A DNA stretch of 64,000 nucleotides from a virus, in IMG/VR virus record IMGVR_UViG_3300029305_006219; one strand, 5' to 3'. Position 1 is the first letter of the stretch. Each line of letters starts with the position of its first letter. The position numbers and the translations under genes are program-made. Positions 20,555 through 30,308 of the stretch are shown here, in pieces. The notes below the pieces were generated by a model that ran no database searches, was not told the DNA's origin, and saw nothing but the letters and a program-made list of their open reading frames with translations.

Positions 20555-21666
20555 AATAAAATCCTCCTTTTAAACAGTTCTATAAATACTTCTGCTCCTT
20601 CGTCAAGAGGAGAAGCTTTGTATGGCAATAAGTTTTCTTTATCAAAAATAAAACTAATTTGCACTTTAGAATAGTATTTTTTATGAATTGCTTGAAGCTT
20701 CTTTACCCACTGATTAAACTCTGTATCATTTTTTTGTCGCCATTGGCGATCAAAACCAATCACTATTTCTTTCGCGCCATGTTTAATTAATAAATCTACT
20801 TGATGTTGAATAAGATTACTTCCACACACTGCTACCGAAATATCGTTTTCTGTCCCAAAAAAGGATGCATATTTTAAGCAACTTTTTTCACCTTCTACAA
20901 CAATTGCCTTTTGTATTTTTCGTATATTGTTTTTTGAAAAGTTCAAGTTATATAAAGCGAAACCTAATGGATGATTATATTGAACACCATTAAGAATCGC
21001 TGGTCGATACTTACCATATGCTTCCTCTTCTTTAATAAGTGTGCGCTCACGGATACCTATTAGCGCTCCATTTTCATCATAATGAGGTATCACAATACCT
21101 TGGTTAACGGGGTCATAACAAATACCTCGAGAATCCATTATCTCTTGAGTAATGCCTTCATTAAGCCATGGAGTAATGCGCGGGCGTGGTAAGTGTTGAA
21201 GGATATTTTCATCAAATTTTTTGAACTCAATTATTTTTTTATCATTATTGATGGAGCTATTTTGTTGATAATTCTTTAAAATATCCCAATCACGAAGTTT
21301 TTGTTGTGCATCTCCAAAATTCTCGTCTTCAGATGAAGCTATGCCGAAATAGCGGGCAACATACCCAACGGCGTGTGATAGTGACCACTCTTCGCCGCGC
21401 TGGATCTTCATTGCGCGCCGTGTTAAGTCATATATGTCAAACGCGTCTCCCGCGCACTCAGTGTAGCAGCGATAGAGTCGAGTATTCCCGTAGTAGTATA
21501 ACTTGTGTGATCCGGTGCAAGCTGGGTTATGGCAGATAGTGTGGGCAGTAAAAACTTCTCCTCCTCCGGGGTCAAGTTTAGGATTGCCGCCAAGCTCTGC
21601 GGTGTAATCGAAGACTTGTTGGAAGGTAAGTTGTTGTTTGATTTCGTTGGAGTCATACTTGCTCAT
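20551..21666 (-). CDS. dnaG: DNA primase (DnaG-like, CHC2 zinc finger plus Toprim)
   Basis: CHNPACTGSHKLYYY zinc finger and a VVEGEKS Toprim motif. GAGGAGG RBS before the ATG at 21664-66. ORF 21423..21656 is spurious. Confidence 0.8.
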   Translation of the reverse strand: MSKYDSNEIKQQLTFQQVFDYTAELGGNPKLDPGGGEVFTAHTICHNPACTGSHKLYYYGNTRLYRCYTECAGDAFDIYDLTRRAMKIQRGEEWSLSHAVGYVARYFGIASSEDENFGDAQQKLRDWDILKNYQQNSSINNDKKIIEFKKFDENILQHLPRPRITPWLNEGITQEIMDSRGICYDPVNQGIVIPHYDENGALIGIRERTLIKEEEAYGKYRPAILNGVQYNHPLGFALYNLNFSKNNIRKIQKAIVVEGEKSCLKYASFFGTENDISVAVCGSNLIQHQVDLLIKHGAKEIVIGFDRQWRQKNDTEFNQWVKKLQAIHKKYYSKVQISFIFDKENLLPYKASPLDEGAEVFIELFKRRILL

Positions 21667-22274
21667 TTTTCCTCCTCGTAACAAGTCCAAATTCCATATG
21701 ATACATTTTTATATTTACAAGGCTGTCCATAAACTACTTTTTTACAAGTCTTACAAATGTCTGGTGTAGCTGCGAAAGCCCAGTCGCTTATGATAGCTTT
21801 ATTCTTATTTGGTTTATTAAGTTCTGCAATTTTCATTTTAACTGTCACAGCTTCGCCTAAATGCTTATCATCAATATCCATCATATCATCACAAATATTA
21901 CATTTTGCTCGTTGACCTCTTGTATAGTTTGTTGAATGATAATAGTCACAAGGCATTCCCTCAAAAAAGTCTTTAAGAGGTTCTGGATGATTGAATAAAC
22001 ATATTGGACCTACCATAATATCACTATCATCAAAGTGGATACAGTCTGGGTGACAGGTTTTTTGCTCTTTAAGAGTAAACCCCTTATATTCTCCAATAAC
22101 CCCATTCTTCATATTTTCTTCTGAAGCGGTTTTAACATACCCCTCACACTTCCCATCGGCGCCAATATTAATCACATAGTTATCACATACTCCATTATGA
22201 TTAAATAGGCAATCAGGGTGCGCCTTACATTTTACTATTGTGTTCTTTTGATCCATTACAAGCCTCCCTTTCAT
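21663..22274 (-). CDS. Hypothetical Cys-rich protein
   Basis: 203 aa with many CxxC pairs. Confidence 0.35.
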   Translation of the reverse strand: MKGRLVMDQKNTIVKCKAHPDCLFNHNGVCDNYVINIGADGKCEGYVKTASEENMKNGVIGEYKGFTLKEQKTCHPDCIHFDDSDIMVGPICLFNHPEPLKDFFEGMPCDYYHSTNYTRGQRAKCNICDDMMDIDDKHLGEAVTVKMKIAELNKPNKNKAIISDWAFAATPDICKTCKKVVYGQPCKYKNVSYGIWTCYEEEK

Positions 22275-22494
22275 TAAAACGCTTCAAATCTTCTATCATC
22301 TTTTCAAACTTGTCTCTTGGCATGAATATCTTACAAATACCTCGTTCATCGTGAAGAATAAGTGAGGCTGTGCAATATTCATCTTTATTATATAAACATT
22401 GAGTTGCACTACATTGAGTAACTCGTTCTGGATTTTTTATGTTAAGATCTTTCATATTTACCCACCCTGCTATAACATACTCCATTATTATCAA
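22225..22494 (-). CDS. Hypothetical protein
   Basis: 89-aa ORF. Confidence 0.3.
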   Translation of the reverse strand: MIIMEYVIAGWVNMKDLNIKNPERVTQCSATQCLYNKDEYCTASLILHDERGICKIFMPRDKFEKMIEDLKRFNEREACNGSKEHNSKM

Positions 22495-22774
22495 CTTTGG
22501 CTTCTTCTAAATCACAAAAACCGCCTTCCATCCAATGCATACAAAATTTATCAGCGCATCTATCCTGACAACCATTCTTCCACATTGTATAAGTTTCAGC
22601 ATTTGTCCAAGAAATATTAATCCATCCAAGGTCTTCTCCCCAACTATAGCTTCTTTCTTTTAGCACATAACAAGTTTCAAACCAACGATATTCATTGCCT
22701 ACTCGAATAGGCAATAGAGCAAAGCGTTTTACTATTTTATAGTCTTTATTACGATATTTTTTAGTCCATCTCAT
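22442..22774 (-). CDS. Hypothetical protein
   Basis: 110-aa ORF. Confidence 0.3.
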   Translation of the reverse strand: MRWTKKYRNKDYKIVKRFALLPIRVGNEYRWFETCYVLKERSYSWGEDLGWINISWTNAETYTMWKNGCQDRCADKFCMHWMEGGFCDLEEAKVDNNGVCYSRVGKYERS

Positions 22775-22785
22775 TTTTCTACTCC

Positions 22786-24330
22786 TTAAAACGCTGATAA
22801 GTCAACGCTTTTCTTTACATTTATCTTAAAATCTTCTATATCAACTAATTCATAACTATATTTAGTTACAAATATCGGATCTAATCTACAAATACCACGA
22901 TCTGACTTAATCCAGACTAGAACATTCTTCCAACGACCTCGTCTATTCTTATAAATCGACATCTTAATATCTGGCATCTCACATCCAAGACGCTTAACCA
23001 AAGGCGCCAGCGCCTCTTTATCTTTATCCGTCGCCTCAAGTAAAATAGAACCAGCATCAATTTTATCTGCTATAGACTTTGCGCCACGAAGCAATCCTTG
23101 GTCATAAACCTCTGCCTCGTGATAATCATTACTCAACTGAGTCGCAGACATAATAAATATTCCATACTGATTACACAAATCTTTAAGTCTTACGGAAATC
23201 ATAAAGAGAATATTATCTTCTCTAAGGCGCACACCGCCGCTTCTTCGAGTAATCTCTTCGAGAATCTTCATACTCGTGTGTATATAGTCGTGGAATACGT
23301 ACTTGATATCGTTCTCTCTAATGCCTTTCTTAATAACATTCTCAATGTCTTGTAATGAGAAATCTGGAAGTGCTTCAAAATAGATTTTTCCAGTCTTTAA
23401 GAGTTGCGCAGCATGGAGTGCGCGCTCCCATTCACCTTCAAGATATTCACCTGTAACAATATGTTCCTCGTCAACACCAGATAAAAACGCTATCATCATG
23501 GTTTGAACTTCTGATAACTCTTGCTCTGTTGCTATATAAAGAGTGGCTTGTGGTTCACCTGTATTTATCCAAGTGCGTTCTTCAAGGCTATACATAGAAC
23601 CACATCCAATATAACACGCATCTGCTACCATTGAACGCGTTTTACCAACACCTGTTGCAGCTGAGCGCAAGTAAAATTTTTTCAAGCGCGCGCCGCGGAA
23701 AATAGTATTAATATATTTGCCATACAATGGGTATCCAAGCTCAGGCTTTTGTTTTAATTGCTCAAGAAGTAACTCCACACCTGCGCCCGCCTGAACAATA
23801 TCGGCTTCGCAGTTGTCTACATAAACTGATTTAACTTCATCTATCTTTTTATCAATTAAATCTGCAATTTCTACAAGAGGTGTATTGTCTAACCAGTCCT
23901 CTTGTGCCTGTTTCTTCTTTGCATCAAAGATATTATCCATATCATAGAGCCACGATAAATCCATTCCACAGCGCTCGTTATACATGCGCAAGAGCGTCAT
24001 CTTCTTAACTCTATCATAGTAATACTGAAAGGCGCTTAATTGTGTAGCCTCTTTAAGTTGCTCAAGATATTCTGCACCCTTATTTGATTTATATATCGCT
24101 TGGCGCTTAGGGCGCTGTGCAAGATAGTCTTCTATTGCATTGAGAGTTATCTCCTTAGCGCCGAGCGCATGTAGATTATATATAGTTCCAAAAAGAGTCA
24201 CGTGAAAGTCTTCACAAAAATCTTCTTCGTGGAAATGATAATTTTCATTATCTAAAAGTGAGGGTTGGATATAGATAGCACCGATCACTTGCATTATTGC
24301 AGCGGTATCTACATATTTACTTTTGCTCAT
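22786..24330 (-). CDS. DnaB-like replicative DNA helicase
   Basis: 514 aa. Walker A motif SAATGVGKT in a RecA-like C-terminal domain. Confidence 0.7.
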   Translation of the reverse strand: MSKSKYVDTAAIMQVIGAIYIQPSLLDNENYHFHEEDFCEDFHVTLFGTIYNLHALGAKEITLNAIEDYLAQRPKRQAIYKSNKGAEYLEQLKEATQLSAFQYYYDRVKKMTLLRMYNERCGMDLSWLYDMDNIFDAKKKQAQEDWLDNTPLVEIADLIDKKIDEVKSVYVDNCEADIVQAGAGVELLLEQLKQKPELGYPLYGKYINTIFRGARLKKFYLRSAATGVGKTRSMVADACYIGCGSMYSLEERTWINTGEPQATLYIATEQELSEVQTMMIAFLSGVDEEHIVTGEYLEGEWERALHAAQLLKTGKIYFEALPDFSLQDIENVIKKGIRENDIKYVFHDYIHTSMKILEEITRRSGGVRLREDNILFMISVRLKDLCNQYGIFIMSATQLSNDYHEAEVYDQGLLRGAKSIADKIDAGSILLEATDKDKEALAPLVKRLGCEMPDIKMSIYKNRRGRWKNVLVWIKSDRGICRLDPIFVTKYSYELVDIEDFKINVKKSVDLSAF

Positions 24331-24337
24331 TGTTGCC

Positions 24338-24607
24338 TCACCTCATTTTAATATTTTGAATTTTATTACCAAGCTTATTGATCCATGCATGTGCTACTAT
24401 TTTTGCATCTGACCCAATGAATACTATTTTACTTTTCATAAGATCAAGATGATTTTTTAATCTACAAATTTTAATAACAACATCAAAATTAGCTTCAGCT
24501 TCAGCCGCCCAATTATAAAATGTTGTATCTGCTACTTCAAACCAGCCAAGATAATCAGAATCGTAGCGAGCTTTAGTGAATTTTAAAATTACTTTATGTT
24601 TTTTCAT
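24338..24607 (-). CDS. Hypothetical protein
   Basis: 89-aa ORF. Confidence 0.3.
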   Translation of the reverse strand: MKKHKVILKFTKARYDSDYLGWFEVADTTFYNWAAEAEANFDVVIKICRLKNHLDLMKSKIVFIGSDAKIVAHAWINKLGNKIQNIKMR

Positions 24608-25125
24608 TCCTCTTCCTCCAAATCATCTAAATTGAACAAACGCGGCGGTTTTACAATTCTCATAGGTGGTTCAATAGAGAACTCTCTAACCTTAACTTGA
24701 AAATGCTCTATGTCTTTATCTTCATTAGCGACCGCCGCCAGATATAGTGCATAGTAATAGGCGCACGCATCCTTGTAGACATAAGGTACAATGCCTATTG
24801 CACCGTTTGCTTTTTCCACATCGTTACCTTTTAATTCATACCACCACTTAAGCGTTTTTAATATTCCACTATAAGAATATTTATACACTTCTTTATATTC
24901 CTTAAGTTGTTTCCATACTCGCGGATTTAAATCCTCTCCTAAGAGGTATTTTATATATTCGATTAATTCATTATAGTCTCGTTCTTCTTGAGACATTGAT
25001 GCCATATGTGTTTCATAGCATTTTTGATGTGCGTAACGATTACCTTTTGGTTTGGCGCAAGGCTCAGAATTACGATCAAAAAGCTGGCCACAATACAGGC
25101 ATTTAACCATTGCTTTGCTCGCCAT
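24604..25125 (-). CDS. Hypothetical protein with N-terminal Zn-ribbon
   Basis: 173-aa ORF. Confidence 0.3.
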   Translation of the reverse strand: MASKAMVKCLYCGQLFDRNSEPCAKPKGNRYAHQKCYETHMASMSQEERDYNELIEYIKYLLGEDLNPRVWKQLKEYKEVYKYSYSGILKTLKWWYELKGNDVEKANGAIGIVPYVYKDACAYYYALYLAAVANEDKDIEHFQVKVREFSIEPPMRIVKPPRLFNLDDLEEEE

Positions 25126-25223
25126 TTATCTTTTTACCTCTTTTTATACTTTTATATATATATATTATAACATAAATTAAATAAAAAGTCAATAGAGGAT
25201 AATATCCTCTATTGACTTAATCA

Positions 25224-25700
25224 TTATTGAGCTGTATTTATCAAATCTTTAAGTTCCGTCACAATAAGGTCAAGCGCTTCTGTCTGTTCGCGAGAGCACT
25301 GAGAAACTTTTTGTCCTTTACCAAGATATTTCTCTATGCATTGACTAATACGAGGTTGCCAATAAGTTTTGAATGTTTCTTCGTCGCTTTGAACCGAGAG
25401 GTCTTGAATCATTGAGTTAAACTGCATCATAAGTTCATCGAAATCAAGTTCTTTTGAAACGAATGTATGCAAGTTGGCGCCAGTATCTGTGAAGTATTGA
25501 GTTCCATCCTCAGCCGCCTGTCTATCAATAGCATCTCCTATTGCATTAACAAGAGCATTATAGTTGAAGTCAATATAATCAGGCGTATACTTAAATCTAC
25601 TTCCAGCTACGAAACGAGGAGTTCCGCGCATAAAGAGTTTTGTAGATTTCTCACCAGACTCAGACTCAACAGTTCTCGCATATCCTATTATGTCCTTTAA
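25224..25700 (-). CDS. AAA_24/Sak4-like ATPase, 3' exon (C-terminal part)
   Basis: ORF 25224..25715 continues the ATPase sequence interrupted by the group I intron. The exact 3' splice site is not resolved. Confidence 0.45.
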   Translation of the reverse strand, partial: LKDIIGYARTVESESGEKSTKLFMRGTPRFVAGSRFKYTPDYIDFNYNALVNAIGDAIDRQAAEDGTQYFTDTGANLHTFVSKELDFDELMMQFNSMIQDLSVQSDEETFKTYWQPRISQCIEKYLGKGQKVSQCSREQTEALDLIVTELKDLINTAQ

Positions 25701-26690
25701 TACCCTCTTTTTCAAGATATTTTAATGGGAATAGACTATATCTTCATCCATTTTAAACGGTGGATGTCATGCACTTCGATTTAAAGGATTTTCACCTACT
25801 TTTATATTATTATAAAAGCCCTACTCCTGTTGAGGAAATTTCATCCTCCAGTGGGATAGTCGTTGAACCTTCTCCTATTCGGAGCTTGGCTGCTGATTGC
25901 CCAATTTAATCAATTTTTAACATTCGCACTTAGATTTCTTTCATTCTTATGCTGTAGTTTGATTAACTCTAAGGGGTTTCCAGCAATTCACATGATTTGC
26001 TTAATGGATTGCTCCATTAAGGGCCTTATATATTTCATATTTTCGTCTCAACCGAGAGGCCTCGGTTGAATGTTCATAAATTTTATTTAAAATTTGTACA
26101 ACTGCAGCGCCTTCTTTATGAATTTGATAAGCAGAGGTTCCACAAGGACTTACTTTATTATCAAACTCTAAAATTTCTAGCATTTGTTTTGTGCAGATCT
26201 CAGTTTGACTGACAAAACTTAAACTAGGAATATTGTTTCTATCTTCTCTAATGTGAATACTACCATCTGCATCTAGCAATCCTCTTGCAAAATCATAAAT
26301 ATATTCATTAGGAATGTTTTCAAGGGGAATACTAAAAATAGAGGTTTTTGCAGGTACTATATTATATTGTGCTAAATAACGTTTTAACTCTGCCGAGTTT
26401 ATAGATACAGTTAAAGCATGACATCCAGTGTTATTAGTACGCTCTGTAATGGGCGCATTAGATTCAAAGAATGCTTGTAAATTTTCAAGCTGCTCTCTAT
26501 CTATATCTTTTAACTCAACTCTTACTCTGGCTTCATTTTTAGCTACATTTCCATCTCCAGCTAAAAATCCAAGCCAATAATATTTTTCATGAGGGTCTAT
26601 TTTAATGTTTGTTAAATTTAAAGGATATTTTCTCAAAAAACTTTCAACTCCTTCTTTAAGAGAGCGAAAATATGAAATAAAAATGTTAAG
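25700..26690 (-). mobile_element. Group I intron interrupting the AAA_24 ATPase gene and carrying a LAGLIDADG endonuclease ORF
   Basis: Minus-strand core elements: P-like AATTGCTGG (about 25950), Q-like AATCAGCAGCC (about 25890), R GTTCAACGACTA (25849-25860), S AAGATATAGTCT (25726-25737). Upstream exon ORF ends at a TAA at 26686. Boundaries are approximate. Confidence 0.6.
26001..26636 (-). CDS. Double-motif LAGLIDADG homing endonuclease (intron-encoded)
   Basis: LGFLAGDGNV and ARGLLDADGSI motifs. TTG start with an AAGGAG RBS. Confidence 0.75.
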   Translation of the reverse strand: MRKYPLNLTNIKIDPHEKYYWLGFLAGDGNVAKNEARVRVELKDIDREQLENLQAFFESNAPITERTNNTGCHALTVSINSAELKRYLAQYNIVPAKTSIFSIPLENIPNEYIYDFARGLLDADGSIHIREDRNNIPSLSFVSQTEICTKQMLEILEFDNKVSPCGTSAYQIHKEGAAVVQILNKIYEHSTEASRLRRKYEIYKALNGAIH

Positions 26691-27252
26691 CCATACGGTT
26701 TACAATATTACGAGGTTTATTATCAAGAGTAGGAACAATCTGATTATACTCATTGCCATTTTGATCCTTAAAGGTTTTGTCTTGCGCGTGAGAAATAATT
26801 ACTAAGCCGTATCCTAATTGAAGGATTGAACGAAGCGCGCTATCAAACTCTTGCGCTGCCATTTTGAAGCCCTTTCCGTAACCAATGTCACCGATGCTAT
26901 CGACGCCTATAGAGCCATCTGGACGAACTGCATTGGCGCAAATATATTTCTCACAATAGTCATAGGCTATATCAGCTGTATCAAGGATAATAGTTTCGAA
27001 TCTAGCTTTAACCTGTTCATTCTTTAACTGGCGCAAGAATTTTTTAAACTCAGACCAACTATTAATAGGTTGTGCCATGGCGCCGGGAATTGCATTATAT
27101 CCTTTTTCAAAAGCCGCCAAAAGATGATTAGGGAATTTAGTCGCGGTAGTAGTTTTACCGGTCTTTGCGTCTCCATAGAAGAAGACGCAATAACCGCGCA
27201 TATCTCTTGAAACCTAATGAGGCTAAATATCAAGTAAATTAAAATCTGCCAT
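26690..27252 (-). CDS. AAA_24/Sak4-like ATPase, 5' exon, 2 in-frame TAG
   Basis: MADFNLLDI[TAG]PH[TAG]VSRDMRGYCVFFYGDAKTGKTT (Walker A) ...ISHAQDK. TAGs at 27223-25 and 27214-16. RBS AAAAGAGG. Confidence 0.6.
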
Positions 27253-27271
27253 TTTCACTTACCTCTTTTTA

Positions 27272-28237
27272 TCAGAAGTTAAAGCCACCAGCTTTTGCCT
27301 GAGGAGCGGCGGGCGCTGCTACAGGATTATTTCTCTGTGCCTTATACTCTTCACTTCTCTTCTTTTCCTCGGCAAGCTTAACCTGTCTATCCTGCATAGC
27401 CTTTGTAAGCTCTTCTCCAGTAAGAATACCCTCTTCACCAAAGTCATAAGGATTCTGCGAAGCTCTTACAACAAGCCATTCTTTAGTCTTGCGCTCAAAG
27501 GTTCTTACAGACTCGCCGCCAAATGCAGTCTCTTCCTTGACCTCGTTCTTAACAGTATTGCAGTTAATAATACCTTCAACCCAAGTGTAAACAGGCTCGC
27601 TACCAGACACGCCAAGTTCTTCAAAGTAATTCATACCGTTAGGATTCTTAACTGTAAAGGTAAGAGGAAGAAGTTCTTTACGGAAATTAAATACTGCACC
27701 GCGAAGAGCAACATGTTCATCAATGTTTTTCTCTTTATCTTCATCTACATGAGTTACATTTGTGATAACCATATCACAGCGGAAATAAGTTCTCTCTGCT
27801 TCGTTCTCAGGAAGAGTGTTTACGATTGTTGCAAAACCACCCTCGTGCATTACCTGAGAGACAAGTTTATCTTCACCATTCTCATTGATATAGAAATCAT
27901 TGAGCGCAAAAGAAGGCTCGAGTTTAACCATAGGTGCAGCATCCTTGCCGTCCTTTACCCAAGTCTTACCGCCATCGATAAGTGCCTTAAGAGCGGTAAA
28001 GGTATTGTTGGTGCCGCCATTCTTTGTGGTGGGGGTTACAAAAGTGTAGTGAACAGGAATTACATTAAGACCTGCTTCATCTACTGCAACCTGGATAGTT
28101 CCTGCAATAAACTCCTTACCGAAGTTCTCAGACTTTTCATTCTTTACAGTCTTTACTTCAAGCATATTTCTTCCATTTGCTTCTCCAAAACTGTAAACTC
28201 TTCCTTGAATTGTAATTGAATTCTTTGTGTACTTCAT
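27272..28237 (-). CDS. Putative ssDNA-binding/annealing protein (uncertain)
   Basis: 321 aa, adjacent to the Sak4-like ATPase; C-terminal Gly/Ala/Pro-rich tail ending GGFNF. Confidence 0.3.
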   Translation of the reverse strand: MKYTKNSITIQGRVYSFGEANGRNMLEVKTVKNEKSENFGKEFIAGTIQVAVDEAGLNVIPVHYTFVTPTTKNGGTNNTFTALKALIDGGKTWVKDGKDAAPMVKLEPSFALNDFYINENGEDKLVSQVMHEGGFATIVNTLPENEAERTYFRCDMVITNVTHVDEDKEKNIDEHVALRGAVFNFRKELLPLTFTVKNPNGMNYFEELGVSGSEPVYTWVEGIINCNTVKNEVKEETAFGGESVRTFERKTKEWLVVRASQNPYDFGEEGILTGEELTKAMQDRQVKLAEEKKRSEEYKAQRNNPVAAPAAPQAKAGGFNF

Positions 28238-28471
28238 TTCTTTCTCCTTGTTTATTAATTATTTTACTTATTTAATATTTTTGTCCAATATCTTTATTAT
28301 AACAAAAATTTTTTATTTAGTCAAGTAGAAGCTGCATTATATCATTAACTACTTCATAAGTCATACGAGAGCTTCCATCTTCATTATAGCAAGTTATTCC
28401 TCTTGTTTTAAGATACTCCTCTAAAACAGGAAAAGGTATATAAGAAATTGCTAAAATTATAAAATCTCTCA

Positions 28472-28855
28472 TTATTCTTCATCCTTGGTTTTCTTTTCTG
28501 GAACTACTACCGTTACGCTCATCCCAAGTTCTGTAAGCGAATAACAAGTAGGAGTTCCTTCTGTCTTGCTTACATAACCGTCAGTAATAAGCTTTCTCAT
28601 AGCACCAGACACTGTGCGCGAAGAACAGAAAAGTCCATCACCGATTTCCTTTGCCTTGAGAATATTGTTATAAGACTCATAATTCTCCTGCATCCAAATA
28701 AGAACCTTTGCGCCATTTTCAGTAAAAGGAGCCTTCTCCTTTTCAGGTGTTGCTTTAAGCTGATTAAGGTATTCAATAGCTTCAGTAGGAATCATATCTT
28801 TGCTATGCGCAATAAGTTGTTCTACTGTGTTGATAAAAATTTCTTTGTTTGTCAT
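28472..28855 (-). CDS. Winged-helix (MarR-like) DNA-binding protein
   Basis: 127-aa ORF. Confidence 0.3.
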   Translation of the reverse strand: MTNKEIFINTVEQLIAHSKDMIPTEAIEYLNQLKATPEKEKAPFTENGAKVLIWMQENYESYNNILKAKEIGDGLFCSSRTVSGAMRKLITDGYVSKTEGTPTCYSLTELGMSVTVVVPEKKTKDEE

Positions 28856-28937
28856 TTAATTAATTTATCTCCATTTCTATTTATTTTATTCATTTTATAT
28901 AATAATTATAATTAAATTTGTATAAAAAATCAATAAA

Positions 28938-29633
28938 TTAATCAAAGATTAGCTCTTTTGCATAGGGAAGAGTATTCGCCCACTCAAGGAAAGTATGCCA
29001 CTCAGAGAGCTTGTGTCCGGCGCGCTGATGAGCCATACTACGAAGATTCTCATAATTCATAGTTACTGTACGCGTTTGAAGCCAACCATTGGGCAGCCAA
29101 CGGATAAGCTCTTTCCAATATCGCTTATCTTTTGTTTCAAGATATTTTTGACGCAAGGTTTCACAATAAGCAATAATAGTATCTGGATTTAATGTTTCAT
29201 CAATATCCGCGAAGTTAGTAAAATCATCAGTCTCAAAACATTCAAGCGTAATTGGAGTGCTTGCCAGTTTATGCATGGTGCTAGTTGAATTCTCGGTTAC
29301 TCCAATACGGTAGGTATCAAACTCCTTGAGCCAGTAGAGAGGAGCAGTAATATCTACACTCACGAAGATTTGTCTAAGAAATTTACGATGTTCTGGACCT
29401 CCATTGATTAGTCTACGACAAAGATCCATATCATTAGGTCCGATTACAAAAGCCCCTTTAAGCATATTGCCTGGACACACTGACCAATCAAGACGCCATT
29501 TATCACAATTATCACAACTACCTGGACACAAAATAGAATCGCTTTTAGCCCAGCTATTAAGCGGATTTCTCATACCACGTAAAGCACCTTCAAAGTTAAA
29601 AACCTCAGTATTCTTAAACTTCATTAATCCCAT
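28938..29633 (-). CDS. ThyX-like (flavin-dependent thymidylate synthase family) protein, divergent
   Basis: C-terminal NLRSMAHQRAGHKLSEWHTF aligns with ThyX [22 protein letters not shown]. The canonical RHRxxSxNxxSxR motif is degenerate. Confidence 0.45.
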   Translation of the reverse strand: MGLMKFKNTEVFNFEGALRGMRNPLNSWAKSDSILCPGSCDNCDKWRLDWSVCPGNMLKGAFVIGPNDMDLCRRLINGGPEHRKFLRQIFVSVDITAPLYWLKEFDTYRIGVTENSTSTMHKLASTPITLECFETDDFTNFADIDETLNPDTIIAYCETLRQKYLETKDKRYWKELIRWLPNGWLQTRTVTMNYENLRSMAHQRAGHKLSEWHTFLEWANTLPYAKELIFD

Positions 29634-29756
29634 TCCTCCTTTATTCCATCTTGATATTTCTTTTTCATTTTCTTTAGTACGCGAATTGCATCATCAAAAG
29701 AGTCTTCATAAGTTTCATGCTCAAATTCGCCGCTATCCTCCCATTCAAGAGAGATT

Positions 29757-29975
29757 TCAATTCTTGTTACTTTCATTTGCCACATCCTTTATATAATCTT
29801 TAATAACTTCATTATTAAGTAGATTAAACAGTTCTTCTTGGTTATGCTTATCTACTATTATGGCGCAAGCTTCGTTCCAGCTTAGGTTTTCAGCATGATA
29901 CTCTGCGCCTTCGTCTGTTGTTATCCAAATATCTACTTTCATTTCAATTTTAACTCCTTGCGTATTTTCTTCCAT
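29757..29975 (-). CDS. Hypothetical protein
   Basis: 72-aa ORF. Confidence 0.3.
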   Translation of the reverse strand: MEENTQGVKIEMKVDIWITTDEGAEYHAENLSWNEACAIIVDKHNQEELFNLLNNEVIKDYIKDVANESNKN

Positions 29976-30083
29976 TTTTGGTCGTACATTTTAAAAACAA
30001 AGCTAAAACAGTCTCCCCAAGACCAAAACTCTTTTTCTTCAATATCACCAATTTCATCTGTCCATTCTAGTTTAATATACATT

Positions 30084-30308
30084 TAACTATTTCCGCGAGT
30101 TTTATTCAGTCCAAAATCATATGTCTGATAGAGGTCAATATAAAACTTCTCCTTTTCATTTAATTCATTGATATTACATTTTTCAAGTATTTCAAAAGTA
30201 AAGTTATCAATACCCTTTTCTTTTGTAAATGCATAAAGTTGACTTGTTACAGGGGTATCGATACCTAAGCTGCATTTGACATGCGTTACCCAGCGCTCTT
30301 TAATGTTG
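30084..30308 (-). CDS. GIY-YIG endonuclease HE5, 3' exon (second half of the catalytic domain)
   Basis: Reads CNIKERWVTHVKCSLG...DNFTFEILEKC...GLNKTRGNS with an in-frame TAA immediately upstream, so it cannot stand alone. It matches the continuation expected after YIGQA in paralogs (HE3: YIGQSCNIKQRW). Confidence 0.5.
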
